The notes under the pieces are model-generated. The model saw only the letters and a list, made by a program, of their open reading frames with translations. It searched no databases and had not been told where the DNA came from. Both the position numbers and the translations under genes were made by a program. 64,000 bases of DNA. Origin: Octopus sinensis. Taxonomy: Eukaryota. Below, in pieces: positions 12,540 to 25,553 of this stretch; within the stretch, counting starts at the first letter, position 1, and each line of letters begins with the position of its first letter. Location of the stretch: NCBI RefSeq assembly GCF_006345805.1, contig NC_043008.1:69378001-69442000 (forward strand). Direction: 5' to 3'.

Positions 12540-12760
12540 GTCAATCCAAACATGAACACGCAAGAAAAAACAACAACGCGAGGACGTGGAATAAGTACAG
12601 TGTTATTGGACGCTCAGGAAAGGAAAGAAAAGAAAGAGGTTTTCACGTTTCGAGCGGTATTCTTCATCAGAAATATAGAAAAATTCCAAAGGGAAGACGG
12701 AGGAAAAAAATCGCCAACGATACACACGCGGTCATATTGATAGATATATGAATGTGTTTA

Positions 12761-12797
<37 letters not shown>

Positions 12798-14079
12798 AGA
12801 AAATTTGTTACATATAGTCTTTATCATACCTGTGCATCGTGACGTAAGGATCTGCACATGTTAAGTCTTGTTATAATATACGTCGGCAGAGTGATGTGAA
12901 GCGACACTGGATTGTACAGAGCATGCACAAGCTTGATTCCAGCCTTATAGAAATCCGGTATTTACCCATGAAACGTGTTTCCCCTGTCAAAGCAACCGAT
13001 GTAATAAGCAAGGGTAGTTGTCGCCTGATGTCTCTGACTTTGCTTGAATTTTCCGGAACCAACTTGAAGAAATCTTAGCACCGCATCAGGGACTCCAGTT
13101 CCTGATTTGTAATCCAGGTTAAGTCGACACCAGTTGTTAATGTTTTTAGTGGCAACTCGAAAAGGATGAGATGCAAGGAAGACCTCGCTATAACTTGAAT
13201 GGAAAACGTGCATAAGCTAACACTTTTCGGATACAACTGGTACCGTTCAACGGGAGATAGCTCTGTCTTGCTCAGAAGCCGCTTTCGCTTCAAAGAATTT
13301 TGTTTTAGGGCTTTTTCATGACTATGCTGACCAAGACTGGTCTGATTAGTTGCTTATATTGCAAAGAAGATTAACAAACGCAGAACCAATGTTAAGTTTC
13401 TGACCAACGACTTCTTAATATTATATATACACCTTTAAAAGATTGTTTGTTATAGCCGGTCAGCTGTAGAGGCAACTCGTTAGACTCATTTGCCGGAGGT
13501 ACATAACTTCTTTACAACTGGAGAGAGCATAGTAAGTCAATTTTGTAAACAAAAATAAAACCCCTTCCGGAACAAGCCTCTAGTGGAAAAACTTTAGATC
13601 GATTCCAATTGTATTTATGGCAGGCCGGCTTTAATTGGTTGAATTTCCCTCGTTGGCAAACAGGGAATTCTAAGTTTTAAATACGTATTTTCACTGATGA
13701 GGACATTGATTAAACATCTGTTTTTTGGTGAGGCTTAAAAATGTCTCTGAATCAAATGAGTTTTTCATTTTTTTCTTTTTTGCTGTTTTAAACAAGCAAA
13801 GGTTACATCCTTTGCTCTCACTTAGGTAAAGTCCAGGTTGTTCATGGAGCCTCTATTTAATTATGGATATGTGCACTCCTCTTTTAAACGTCATATGTAG
13901 ATGGTCAAGGACGTGGTGTTGCGCCTTTCTGCTATCCCGAAGGAAGAATTTGTGAGTGATAAGACTATGTTTGAAATGGCTGCTCGTAGACTGGATGTAT
14001 TTCTGTATCTGTGCTTTTCTGCAACAATATTCGCACAAGAAACAAATGATATGAAGAAAAACACATTAGCATTAGCATC

Positions 14080-14154
14080 ATAATAACAATAATAATAATA
14101 ACAACAACAACAACAACAGCAACAACAACAACAACAACAACGACAATAATAATA

Positions 14155-14211
<57 letters not shown>

Positions 14212-14845
14212 GAAGAAGAAGAAGAAGAATCGTTCTCGACATTGCTTTCATCAATCATCAGTTTTCATCTGCTACGTTGTTCTCGTCGTCGTCGTCGTTA
14301 TCGTCATCATTATCATCATCATTTCTCTGGGTGAAATTTAGTTGTTATTTTTGACAATTCATGCAACCACTTAGAGGCTGTTCTGTTGATTCGGAATGGT
14401 AGCGGCTATGTTGTTAAATGATGACGGTGTTGATGATGATGGTGTTGGTGATGGAGATGGCATTGTCGTCATCGCGACAGGGTTGATGATGTGTGTGTTG
14501 ATGGTGTTGGAATTGGTGATTGCAGTGATGGTGTTGGTGTTGATGGTGGTGTTGGTGACGGTGCTGGTGGCGTCGGTGGTGACAGTGTTAGTTATGATGA
14601 TGTTGGTAGTGATGGTATTGGTGGAAGCGATGTTGGTGTTGGTGGTGATGATGATTGTGTTGGTATTGGGGTCGATGGTGGTGATGGCGTTGGTGGGTGG
14701 TGATGGTGTTGACAATGAACGCAATAATCACTGTTGTTCTAATGTTGGTTTTGTTGGTGGCCGACGTCTTAATATTTGTGCTGTTCTTGTTAATGGTAGT
14801 TCTAATGGTGATAATGGTGGTAATGGTAGCGGCAGTAATGTTGCT

Positions 14846-14876
<31 letters not shown>

Positions 14877-15125
14877 ATGTTGCTGATGGTTGCTGTGATG
14901 TATTTATCACTGCAGTCACTGTTTTTGTTGTTGTTGTTGTTGGTTTTGTTGTTATAGTCGACTTAATTAGAAATCAACAACAATCCACTGTGTTATTAAA
15001 TTGATGAATTGGAAATTATTTCAACACAGCACTGCTGCTGATTTTGCTGCAGTTGCTGCTGTTTTTGCTCTTGCACATGCTGCTACTGATGTTGCTGCTA
15101 CTGCTGCCACTGCTGCTGCTGCTAC
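14080..15125. repeat. Compound and cryptic trinucleotide low-complexity tract (TAA, CAA, GAA, GAT, GGT, GCT)
   Basis: Direct inspection. Confidence 0.9.
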
Positions 15126-15445
15126 GTTCAATAATTCCATCAACACCAAATGTAACAGTTGACTGTTTTTCTGTTACACCCATTCTCTCTCTTTCCCTAT
15201 CCGTCTGTCTATCAGTCTATCTATCTATTGATCAACCTACCTATCAATCGATTTATCTATTGATCGATATATCTATGTATCTAATTATTTATTTATCTAT
15301 TTATTTATTTACCTATCTAACCTTCCTTACCTGTTTGTTTCTTTCTCCATCACCCTATCTTTCTCACTCACAATATCACCTCTCATTTTACTTTCTCTCT
15401 TATCCTCTACCCTTCTCTCTATCTCACTCTCTCTCTCTCTTTCTC

Positions 15446-15498
<53 letters not shown>

Positions 15499-15569
15499 AT
15501 GCCGGTATATATCTTCTATTTTCTCTCCGTTTGTTTTTCATTCTCTCTCCTTTCATTCCCCCCTTTAAT

Positions 15570-15691
15570 CCTTTCCATCAAAGAGCGTAGGCTTGAAACG
15601 TAAAAGGCTTTTCTATTCTTCCCGAGCGTTTAACTAATGCACCTGCTTGCTGTTTCTACACCTGTCTTCGACTTTTTTTTTTGCAAATTTG

Positions 15692-15696
<5 letters not shown>
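15570..15696 (+). mobile_element. Hammerhead-like-motif repeat (copy 2, decayed)
   Basis: aagagcgtaggcttgaaacgtaaaagg..cccgagcgt..acacctgtcttcg followed by (TA)n. Confidence 0.55.
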
Positions 15697-15763
<67 letters not shown>

Positions 15764-16798
15764 CATCCATCTATCTATCTATCTAATCGTTCATGTTTCC
15801 CTCTTTCTCCACCAGTCTATCTCTTCCTCACTATCCGTTTTCCATTTCATCCTATTCTCCTGCTGTCCCTTCTGTCTCAACACTATCTCATCTATCTATT
15901 CTCTCTCTCTCTCTCTCACTTTCTATCTGTCTCTACTTTCTGTGTCTTCCTCCTTCCTTCTTTCGTCATCTTTTGAAGCTAATACGACCGACTTACTCTA
16001 CTTAAATATAGATTGGTAATTCATGGACCACAGAAATATAAAAAGAAAAGTATCCTTCATTGAGACTTGAACACACAACATAAACAACCAGAAAAATAAC
16101 AAAAAATTGCAATTCTGCCATTCCATACATCAATTACCTCATTTTTCCTGAGATGGGAAAGTGGGGCATTACTAGAAGAAATTCGGAGCAAAAAGGGTTG
16201 AGTTTAACAGATATGAGTTTTAGAGAATAATGCTCTGATACAAAAAGATAAAACAGCGTCCATATTCGGGGTTGGAATATTCCCTTAGAGCCAGGCAAGG
16301 ACCCCATAAATTCTCAACTATTCTGACTACTAAAGAAAATAGCTGTCTCTAAGCAGAGGTCACACACCTTGATACGTATGCCAAACAATACCCACGGCTG
16401 TTACATTTACGGAAATATAAGAGACAGTGCCTCTATATTTAATCTCATTTTCATCTCTAAGAGGTATTTGAACACTTTGATGACAGATTGACCGAAGAAG
16501 AAGGAAACGTGTGTCCTCGGTCTTTTCATTATATTCCAGTCCAGAGCCACCAGTCCGAGGAAGACAAACCTATCCTTTCCGACCAAAGTGGGAAAACTTT
16601 GAAGATCTTTACGATAACTCGGCAGAAAGCCGAACCTGTCTTGCACACGTGTCAACAATATCGCTTTTCCAGTGATTTATGAGTGTATGATCGTCGTTCT
16701 TCGCACATCTCAGACAGGAAGATATCGAACTACGGTCTCATCCAGGCTTGCATCACCTTTACAAAAACGAGATATCTATCTGTCTATTTGTCTATCTA

Positions 16799-16859
<61 letters not shown>

Positions 16860-17897
16860 TTATCTGTATACACACATACACACACACTCACACATACACA
16901 TATACATACTATACACACACATACACACGCACTTATATATAAATAGATAGAGAGAGAGAGAGGGTGGAAGGGAGAGAAAGAGGTTGTGCCTTATATAGTC
17001 AATATTAAAAGACTGTACCGTACACTTATAATATCGACAGACGAAGTATCATAGAGATGTCCTCTATAGAAAGTAACTTACAGGGATGGCACATACACAC
17101 TGTGCCTTATATAGATGACATATATAGAGAGACTGTACATTATATAGGTTAAATATATAGACTGATATTAAATGTCTGTACCGTATTTTTACAACATATA
17201 TGCAATAACTGTACCCCAAACTGATTACATCTTATATATATATAGACCTACGTAAACTTCTGTATCCTAAAACTTACGAAGTCTATAAATACCTTCCATT
17301 GATTGTTACAGTTTTTGTGAAGTATTCCCTGGACTGTAGTTGTATTTTTAATGTCAATACATTTCATTGTTGGCTTCAGTTATTTCCATGGACCCTGATA
17401 AGGAAAAGGAAAAGCTACTTCGGGCTTGTTTCGCTTGCATGACTACATGAAGACGAAGACTTTTCTGATGTTGCAAGAATGTGACCATTGTGACATGTAA
17501 TAAAGCATTCTGCACAAAGGGTAAATATTCTTTGCCTTTTAATATTTACCGAATTGAAGGCAGTGAACTGCAATAGTTTTACCACGCCGGAAAAAATGCT
17601 TAGCAGCATTTCTTCTGATTTTACGTTCTGAACCGAAATGACGCCCAATTATTGGATGCCTCTTTTGTCTCCTTATTGCACAGGAATGTCCATTGCTGAC
17701 TTCCTGCCGAATCTATTTACAGATCTGTAGAGTTTGGTATATTTACCAAGCTGCTTCTCTTCCTCTTACTATTCCCTTAAACCCTCACATATTTAAGATT
17801 ATCTGAAGTACTAGACAAGAGTTGAAACTAAACAACATTTAATAATACATTTTAATAATAAATGGAAATAATGATGATGATGATGATGATGATGATA

Positions 17898-17951
<54 letters not shown>

Positions 17952-17954
<3 letters not shown>

Positions 17955-19473
17955 GAGGAAAACTAGTTAAGAGTAACAACACACACTAGATAAAACCAAT
18001 GAAATAAAAGAATTAGACCAAAGCCAAACTTACAAATACTTAGGAATCCATGAACTAGATAAGACACAACACACACAATGAAAGAGAAAATAAAAAAAAG
18101 AATATTATAGACGAGTTAGATCAATACTAAAAACAGAGCTCAATGCTAAAACAAGATAATAGGTATCAACACTTTAGCTGTCCCAGTTATTAGTTACAGC
18201 TACAATATCATTAACTGGACACGAAATGAACTGTCCAAAATAGATAGGAAAACAAGAAAAATACTGACAGGATCTAGGATGCATCACCCAAAATCTGACA
18301 TAGAAAGACTATATATACAACGTATAGAAGGTGGTAGAGGCCTTATACAGCTGGAAAACTACTATAAAATAACCACCATAGGACTGCAAAAATACCTACT
18401 TCAGAAGGAAGGAAAACTGATCCAGATAGCAGCAAAAACGAGCAAAACAAAAAACTGTTCTCAGTATTTAAGGAAGCTGACAAATACAACAAGAAATCAT
18501 ACCACCTAATAAACACAAAGAAGAAGAAGCGATGATGAAGAAACAACAAACAAAAGCTATAACAATGAAATCCAAACTAAAAATAGAACAGCAACGAGCC
18601 ATGATAAAACGATGGCAAGAAAAGCCCCTTCATGGTAAATACTGCACTAAACTAAACGCAAAGAAAAGACAAAGAAAAATCCCAGCAATGGTTGAGAAGC
18701 TCAGGACACAAAGCAGAAACAGAGGGATTTTTAATTGCAGCCAAGACCAAAGCCTCCCCACCAGAAATTACCAAAAACATGTAATGAAAAAGAATTACAA
18801 GTAACTGCAGAATATGTGGAGATGGACAAGAAACAATAAATCATATTATCTCTAGCTGCCAGTCCCTGGCTAAGAAGGAATATATTCACAGACATGACAG
18901 AGTTTGGAACCTACATACATTGGAAGCTATGCCAACATTATGGAATAACAACAAAAAAAGATGGTATAGGCCCACACACCAGAAAAGGTCACAGAAAGCG
19001 AGAAAGCAACCATACTCGGGATATGCCGATACACACAGATAGAGAAATTAAGGCCAACAGACCAGATATAGTTGTCAGAGATCATGAAGAAAAAAAATGC
19101 TTTCTAATTGATGTATCATACCGGCGATGACAACGTGTCTCTAAAAGAAATGAAATGGAGAAACTCTCAAAATACAAAGACCTGGAAATAGAGGTAACAG
19201 AATGTGGAACCTGAAAACAGAAACAATTCCTATCATAGTAGGTGCATTAGGCATGATAAAAAATATTCAGACAAATACATAACAAAACACCAGGACTTAC
19301 AAACACATATACACAGAAAATTGCACTACTAGGCACTGCACACATCCTCGCAACACAGACACTTTCCATACAATAACCATCAGAGCATCACAACAAATCA
19401 CAGCACATACCCAAGGCACACAGAGCTGCGCTCGGTAGTGAAGTGAAAGCACGCTATAAAAATCAAACTACTG
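17952..19473 (+). mobile_element. 5'-truncated Dong/R4-clade LINE (end of RT, CCHC, PD-(D/E)xK endonuclease, 3'UTR) inserted in (TAA)n
   Basis: YKYLGI; MHHPKSDIERLYIQRIEGGRGL; WQEKPLHG; QDQSLPT; CRICG..ETINHIISSC; NRPDIVV..LIDVS; KYKDLEIE; IIVGALG. (TAA)n on both sides. Confidence 0.95.
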
Positions 19474-19500
19474 AATAATAATAATAATAATAATAATAAC

Positions 19501-20049
19501 TGCCCTGGTGCAGTACCAGACAGTGGCTCTCATGGCTTCTGATCTTAACTGAATGGAAGTGTTATCATGTACATTGTTTTGTCTTGGTACAAATGATGAG
19601 CTACATATTCTGCTCAGTCCCACAGATTTGCTTGTCACTTGTTTGACCTTAACCAAATGACCATGTCCTTTAGTGGCTGTCGATATGTCCATCTCTGATC
19701 ACGAGCAGAAGTAGTAGGGGAGCATCATAAACATGTGCTGAAAGGGATTCTTTGGGGTTTGAATAATTCTCCTCTAGAAACATGGGTTTTCGTTCAACAT
19801 CCTTAAACAATCCTTATTCAGGGACCTTTTGAGCGGGATGGGCTACTCGACCAGAAGAAAATTCTAACTGAGGCCCACCTGCAAGGTCATGTGCTGTTTA
19901 TCTTGATATGAGATCACCAAGTCGCGCACATATGGTTGTGATGCATGTGCCTAGTGTACCCTTATCAGACGGGTAGTCATGATGGGTATACTGGGCTTCG
20001 TATATTTTACCCCAGTGTCAATTTGATGACATGCACTGTTCTCTCACTC
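19501..20049 (+). mobile_element. Non-coding (TAA)n-flanked retroposon, longest copy
   Basis: Homologous to 25048-25512 and 34846-34922. All share the 3' end followed by (AAT)n. Confidence 0.8.
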
Positions 20050-20169
20050 AATAATAATAATAATACTAATTTAGCTAAAACTCATGTCGGATCAGAGTAA
20101 CTATTAACAATGACAAATAGAAAAATAAAATATAATCTCAGTGATGATAATAATAATAATAATAATAAT

Positions 20170-21221
20170 GAAAGGAAGAGGTTGGCATCTTCCCATGTCC
20201 TGATTTATAATACTTCTAGTGATGGTGTCACAATAAAAACACTGGTAACTGGGCAACCTGATAATTACTGCCTCGTATGAGTAACAATGAAAAAATAAAA
20301 TATTGTGAATAACGGTGGTAATGAAACTGAAACCCTTGATGGTGACAGTGTTGCACCCAGCAGGCTCAGATATAGTGGTCCGACTCCAGCTTGTCGCAAT
20401 CTAGCAAGAGACCACCACACATGTGTAGATGGAACAAACAAATCAATGCTGTCGTCATGGAGTGTTACTACTAGACAACCCTGTAGACAAAAATGGCGTT
20501 CATATTAGGGGATACCGACAAAGTATGTACGATCAATGGAGAGAAAGAGCATTGTTTCAACTCAGGGAACAGAGATTATTTGATCAAACTAGAGCAATAA
20601 GAAAAAATCGTTGGTGCACAGAAGTAGAGCTCAAAGCTATCAAAAGACGGGTATTGGAAAACAGCAGCAGAGGAAACGATCAAAATACAGTTCTTACTGA
20701 TAAATGTAATCTCATAGCAGAAAACAGAGGTGAGATATCTAATAAACCACAGGAAAGGAACGGTGATAGCTTGCTCGGTGAGAGACATATAGATGGTCTG
20801 GAAGAAAACAATAAACTAATGGCGACATGACAAATGGGCAAAAAGCAATCTACGACAAAATAAAGGCAAAGCTACAGGAGAACGATAGCGACATTATTTG
20901 CAATCTTAAAAAGGTTGGTCAGTGGAAATTCGACCAAGAAACTAAAAATGAGAATGAAATTCTGAAATACATCGGAAGAAAAAACATCACAGAAACAAAT
21001 AATTTGATCAAGGCAGCAAGTATTGTTGTAGCAGAAAATGTGGGTGTTGATGTCAAGAAAAAGAAAAGACCCATGGTGGAAGGATATTTCTATGTTAGAT
21101 CGAAAAGAGAATAGGGAGTTTAAAAGCGAACAAAAATACAGGGCACTGAACGGCAAATATGGCATTGAAAGAAAGTGGTAATGGAGGAACTGAAACAGCT
21201 CCTCGTTGCAAAGAAGCAAAG
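20170..21221 (+). mobile_element. 5' (N-terminal) part of an older Dong/R4 LINE
   Basis: RWNKQINAVVMECYY..RGYRQSMYDQWRE..EQRLFDQTRAIRKNRW.TEVELKAIKR; ITETNNLIKAASIVVAE; VMEELKQ. This fits the R4-clade N-terminal pattern as I recall it. Confidence 0.8.
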
Positions 21222-21315
21222 ATTATTATTATTATTATTATCATTATTATTATTGTTATTATTATTATTGTTATTATTATTATTATTATTGTTATTACTA
21301 TTATTATTATTATTA

Positions 21316-21530
21316 TGCGGCAAGCTGTCACAATCGTGAGCACGCTAGACGAAATGTTTAGCGGTATTTCACCCGTCGCTACGTTCTGAGTTCAAATTCT
21401 GCAGAGGTCGACTTTGCCTTCCATCTTTTCGGGCCGATAAATTAAGTACCATTGAAACACCTGGGTCGATGCAATCGACTAATTCCCTCCTCACAAATTT
21501 CAGGCCTTGTGGCTTCAGTAGAAAGGATTA
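21316..21530 (+). mobile_element. SINE family B
   Basis: gttctgagttcaaattc..gtcgactttgcc..aggccttgtg..tagaaaggatt, within (ATT)n. Confidence 0.85.
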
Positions 21531-23532
21531 TTATTATTATTAGTATTACAATTACCTTCATATGCAAGCCGAATATCAACCTCAACGATGTCACTCGTTA
21601 AAAATGGCCGCCATAGGTCATGCGTACTGTCCTTAGTTTTATGCACGAAACAAAAACGTGTCTTTTGAGATGCTTTTCTATTTTGGTTGTGAAGGTGGAG
21701 GAGGATTGATCATTTAACATTACTACGACATTGTTTTTGGCTCAAGGTTAGAAACATTTCTGTAGATTACTGAAAACATTAGCCACATTCATTATATTCC
21801 GTGCATACATACATGCAGTTGTTTTGCATATACGTACACTCACGCACTTATATATACATATACACGTATATGTAAATACATACACATATATGAACACATC
21901 CCTAATGTGTATATGGATAGGTGCATTACACATACATTCATAAAGAAAGAAGCGTACGTATGTATCTAAGCATCTATTTGTGTTTATACGTGGTTCTTTA
22001 TGCGTATATTCATAAGGAAGCATACACGCACACACACACAGACACACACATATATATATACATATATATACATATATACATGTGTACATACACACACAGA
22101 TAGACAGAAAAAAATATATATGCACACATACACACATTCAGATACATATATTTCTTCTTGCATCATATCATACTACTTGCTTTTTGTTTTTATTTGTCGC
22201 AGAACACTTCCGGTTATATCTTAGCGGAAAATCCATAAAGATACGTCTCGATTTTGTTGTAGTTTGTACTCTTCATTTCCTCTCCCACCGTGTCCCCTTC
22301 ACCATCTTGTTATCGTTGTTGTTATCCTTCTTGATTTTGTTGTTGTTCTTCTTCATATTCTATTCCTCCTACTTATATTTCTCGTTATTCTGCGATAGTT
22401 TCGGTGTATCGCAATAAATGCCGATTATATCTCATATGAGTGAATGTCTGTATGTGTTTGTGTGTGTGTGTGTGTGTACGCGTGTTCGAGTGACTGTGTG
22501 TGTATATACATACATGCATACGCACATACACACACGCACACACACACACAATCGTTAAATATCCATCCCCTTCAGGAAATCTGTAACGGACGGAGGTTAC
22601 CGTTTTAAAAACCCAGCACCCGTAGGAAAATTTGGCATGCTTACATTTGCTTTGTTGCTGCCAAAAAATTGGTAAATATAAAATATCTAAAGAATCATCT
22701 AAAGGAAGATTTAATCTATAAATACTAAATGCCAAGCATTTATTCTCTCTTGTTAACAAAATCTCGTTCCCGCCGCTCTTCCATACTTTTTTCTTTTCGG
22801 TTTATTAGTCTTTTGTTTTGTAAGAGTCGTGCCTTATCCGCTGTTTTTCTTAAACGTTGAATGTAGAACTTGGATTTCTTCTTATCGACGTGATATCTAA
22901 TTGCATATTAATTAGGAATCTATGATTTATTCATAGCAAACATATTTCGGTTGATTTAAAATTGTGGCTGCCTTACAGTTGCTGGACCATCCTTTGACCA
23001 ACACACGATCTTTTGTTTCTTCCGTTTCGTTCACTGGACAAATTGTTTGGATACTTCGCGTCTCTGCATGGTGTTTCTAACTCTATAATTCGGCCTTACA
23101 AAGCAATTACTAAGCTAAATAGGCAATATTTTAAGGAAAGATATAAGCTTCTCTCTAGGTGGAGCTGCTATTTCTTATATTGGGAGGTCACAAAGCTGGC
23201 ACTACGGAAAGAATCGCAAGACGGATCTTCAAACGGAATCAACCGTTAGGAGACCTAAGGATAGACTAAGAGTGTAATGGTTGGGTAATATATATCGTTT
23301 CCATTGGTCACAGCTGGAAATTCTAGTGACGGTTGCTTCCTATGGAAGACGTGCCTGAGGCCTCTATCTTAATAATCAATCTTCCAAGAATAATAAGAGG
23401 AGAAAATGGATGAATGGATGGACGGATGGGAACAAAAAGGAAAGCGGACAACGGATTGAGTGCCAGTTTGCTAGCTAAAAGCCTGTTGAGTTCCAATACA
23501 CACACACATACATACATACATACATACATACA

Positions 23533-23566
<34 letters not shown>

Positions 23567-23787
23567 CATACATACATGAAGTACCTTGCAAAAGTCTTCG
23601 GCCACTGTAAACTATTGTCAATTTTTACTTAATTGCCAACTTATAAGTGGATGTTTCAGATTGCATTTTTTACAGATGAAACATTGGTCCTGTTGGAGAC
23701 ATTTCCATACCTAATCATTATATTTTGTAGTAGGGGTTCTGAATGAGAGGCGGGAAGATATAAGACGATAACCAAAAATGGCTGTGC

Positions 23788-24061
23788 AAATGTTTTCGAC
23801 CACCTTACATAAACCAATCAAGATACAGTGTTTTAAATCAGAAAAATGTCTATAATAAAATATGGCGAAGGATGTGTACGCATCTCTTCCCAGGCGCATT
23901 GAAGCAATTATTCAAGCTAAGGGAAGCCACACGAAGTATTAACAATGTACAGTAACTTCTTGGAAAAGATATTATGTGATAAATTTTCATTATAGAAATC
24001 CTTCTGTTTTAAAACACTGTATCTTGATTGGTTTATGTCAGGTGGCCGAAAACGGTACTGT
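23788..24061 (+). mobile_element. Tc1-like deletion derivative with about 70-bp inverted repeats
   Basis: 23793-23862 is inverted at 23981-24053. Internal DVYASLPRRIEAIIQAKGSHTKY* is a Tc1 C-terminus. Confidence 0.75.
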
Positions 24062-24853
24062 ACATACATGCATGTATGCTGCATCCATCGATCCATCCAT
24101 TCATCCATCCATCCATCCATCCATCCATACATACATACTTACTTTCACACATATACCCACAAACGCACATGCATATATAAATACCTATATACGTACGTAT
24201 ATACATACGTACATACATACAAACATATATACGTGCATACGTACATAAATACATACACGCGTACAAGCATACGTACATACATACATGCATACAAACATAC
24301 GTACGTACATACATACATACTTACATACATACACACATACACACGCACACACATACATAGATACATACATACGTATATACATTTACATACATACGTACAT
24401 ACGTATATACATACATACATACATACAACATACATACATACATACATACATACATACATACATACAATCATACATACATACATATGGTGCTTTCCTGTGA
24501 ATTTATGTATAATGTACCTACACATATAAACATGTATATTTATGCATATTTGCATACGTACATATATGTGTATATGTATGTACGTGTACATGTACGAATA
24601 CATATACGAATTACATGTTAGTATGCATGGAACATAATAAATATGGCTAATATTTTCAGCAATCTATAGAAATGTTTCTAACCCTGAGCCAAATACAATT
24701 TGGTTGTAATCACCCCTTCCACTACCCACCCTCACTAGAAAAAAAATACGTCGAAAGACACGCTTCTGTTTCGGGTATAAAAGTAAGTACAGTAAGCATG
24801 ACCTGTAGCAGTAATTTTTAATGAGCAACATCGGCTTAGATATGAATATTGTC

Positions 24854-24905
<52 letters not shown>

Positions 24906-24966
24906 TAATAATAATAATAACAACAACATCAACAATAACAACAACAACAACAACAACAACAACGAC

Positions 24967-25004
<38 letters not shown>

Positions 25005-25047
25005 TGATGATGATGATGATGATGATAATAATATTAATAATAATAAT

Positions 25048-25512
25048 AAAGATGGGCTACAGCAAATATTCTGCTCAATACCACAGATTTGCTTGTCAGT
25101 TGTTTGACCTTAACCAGTTGAGCACATCCCTTAGTGGCTGACGATATGTGCATCTCTGATCACGAGCAGAAGTAGTGGGGGAGCATCATAGCCATGTGTT
25201 GAGAGGGATTCTTTGGGGTGTGAATAAGTCACCTCTGGAAACATGGGTGGTTTTTTCAACATCCTTAAACAACCCTTATTCAGGGACCGTTTGAGCGGGA
25301 TGGGCTACACAACCTGAAGAACATTCTAACTGGGCCCTACCTGCAAGGTCACGTGCTGTTTATCCTGATATGAGATCACCATGTCGCGCACATATGGTTG
25401 TGATGCATGTGCCTGGTGTACCCTTATCAGACGGGTAGTCATGATGGGTATAACTGGGCTTCGTATATTTTACCCCAGTGTCACTTTGATGGCATGAACT
25501 GCTTTCTCACTC
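25048..25512 (+). mobile_element. Non-coding (TAA)n-flanked retroposon, 5'-truncated copy
   Basis: Aligns to about 19590-20049. TAA arrays on both sides. Confidence 0.8.

Positions 25513-25553
<41 letters not shown>

Larger units (their letters stand above)
11330..12793. repeat. Two-copy tandem duplication, period about 732-747 bp
   Basis: The units are nearly identical and differ in microsatellite length, one substitution and a few 1-bp indels. Confidence 0.95.

Noticed and set aside
13695-13760. CUGAUGA followed by a GGACAUU/AAUGUCU stem
   Set aside because: No GAAA or NUH in the required positions, so it is not called a hammerhead.
13901-14083. EMAARRLDVFLYLCF resembling the M4 helix of Cys-loop/chemotactile receptors
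   Set aside because: The hydrophobic stretch is too short, an internal GTGAGT donor precedes it, and no other receptor exons were found.
14371-15568. Long hydrophobic ORFs (202 aa, 174 aa)
   Set aside because: Translations of trinucleotide and TCTA/TA repeats, open in several frames.
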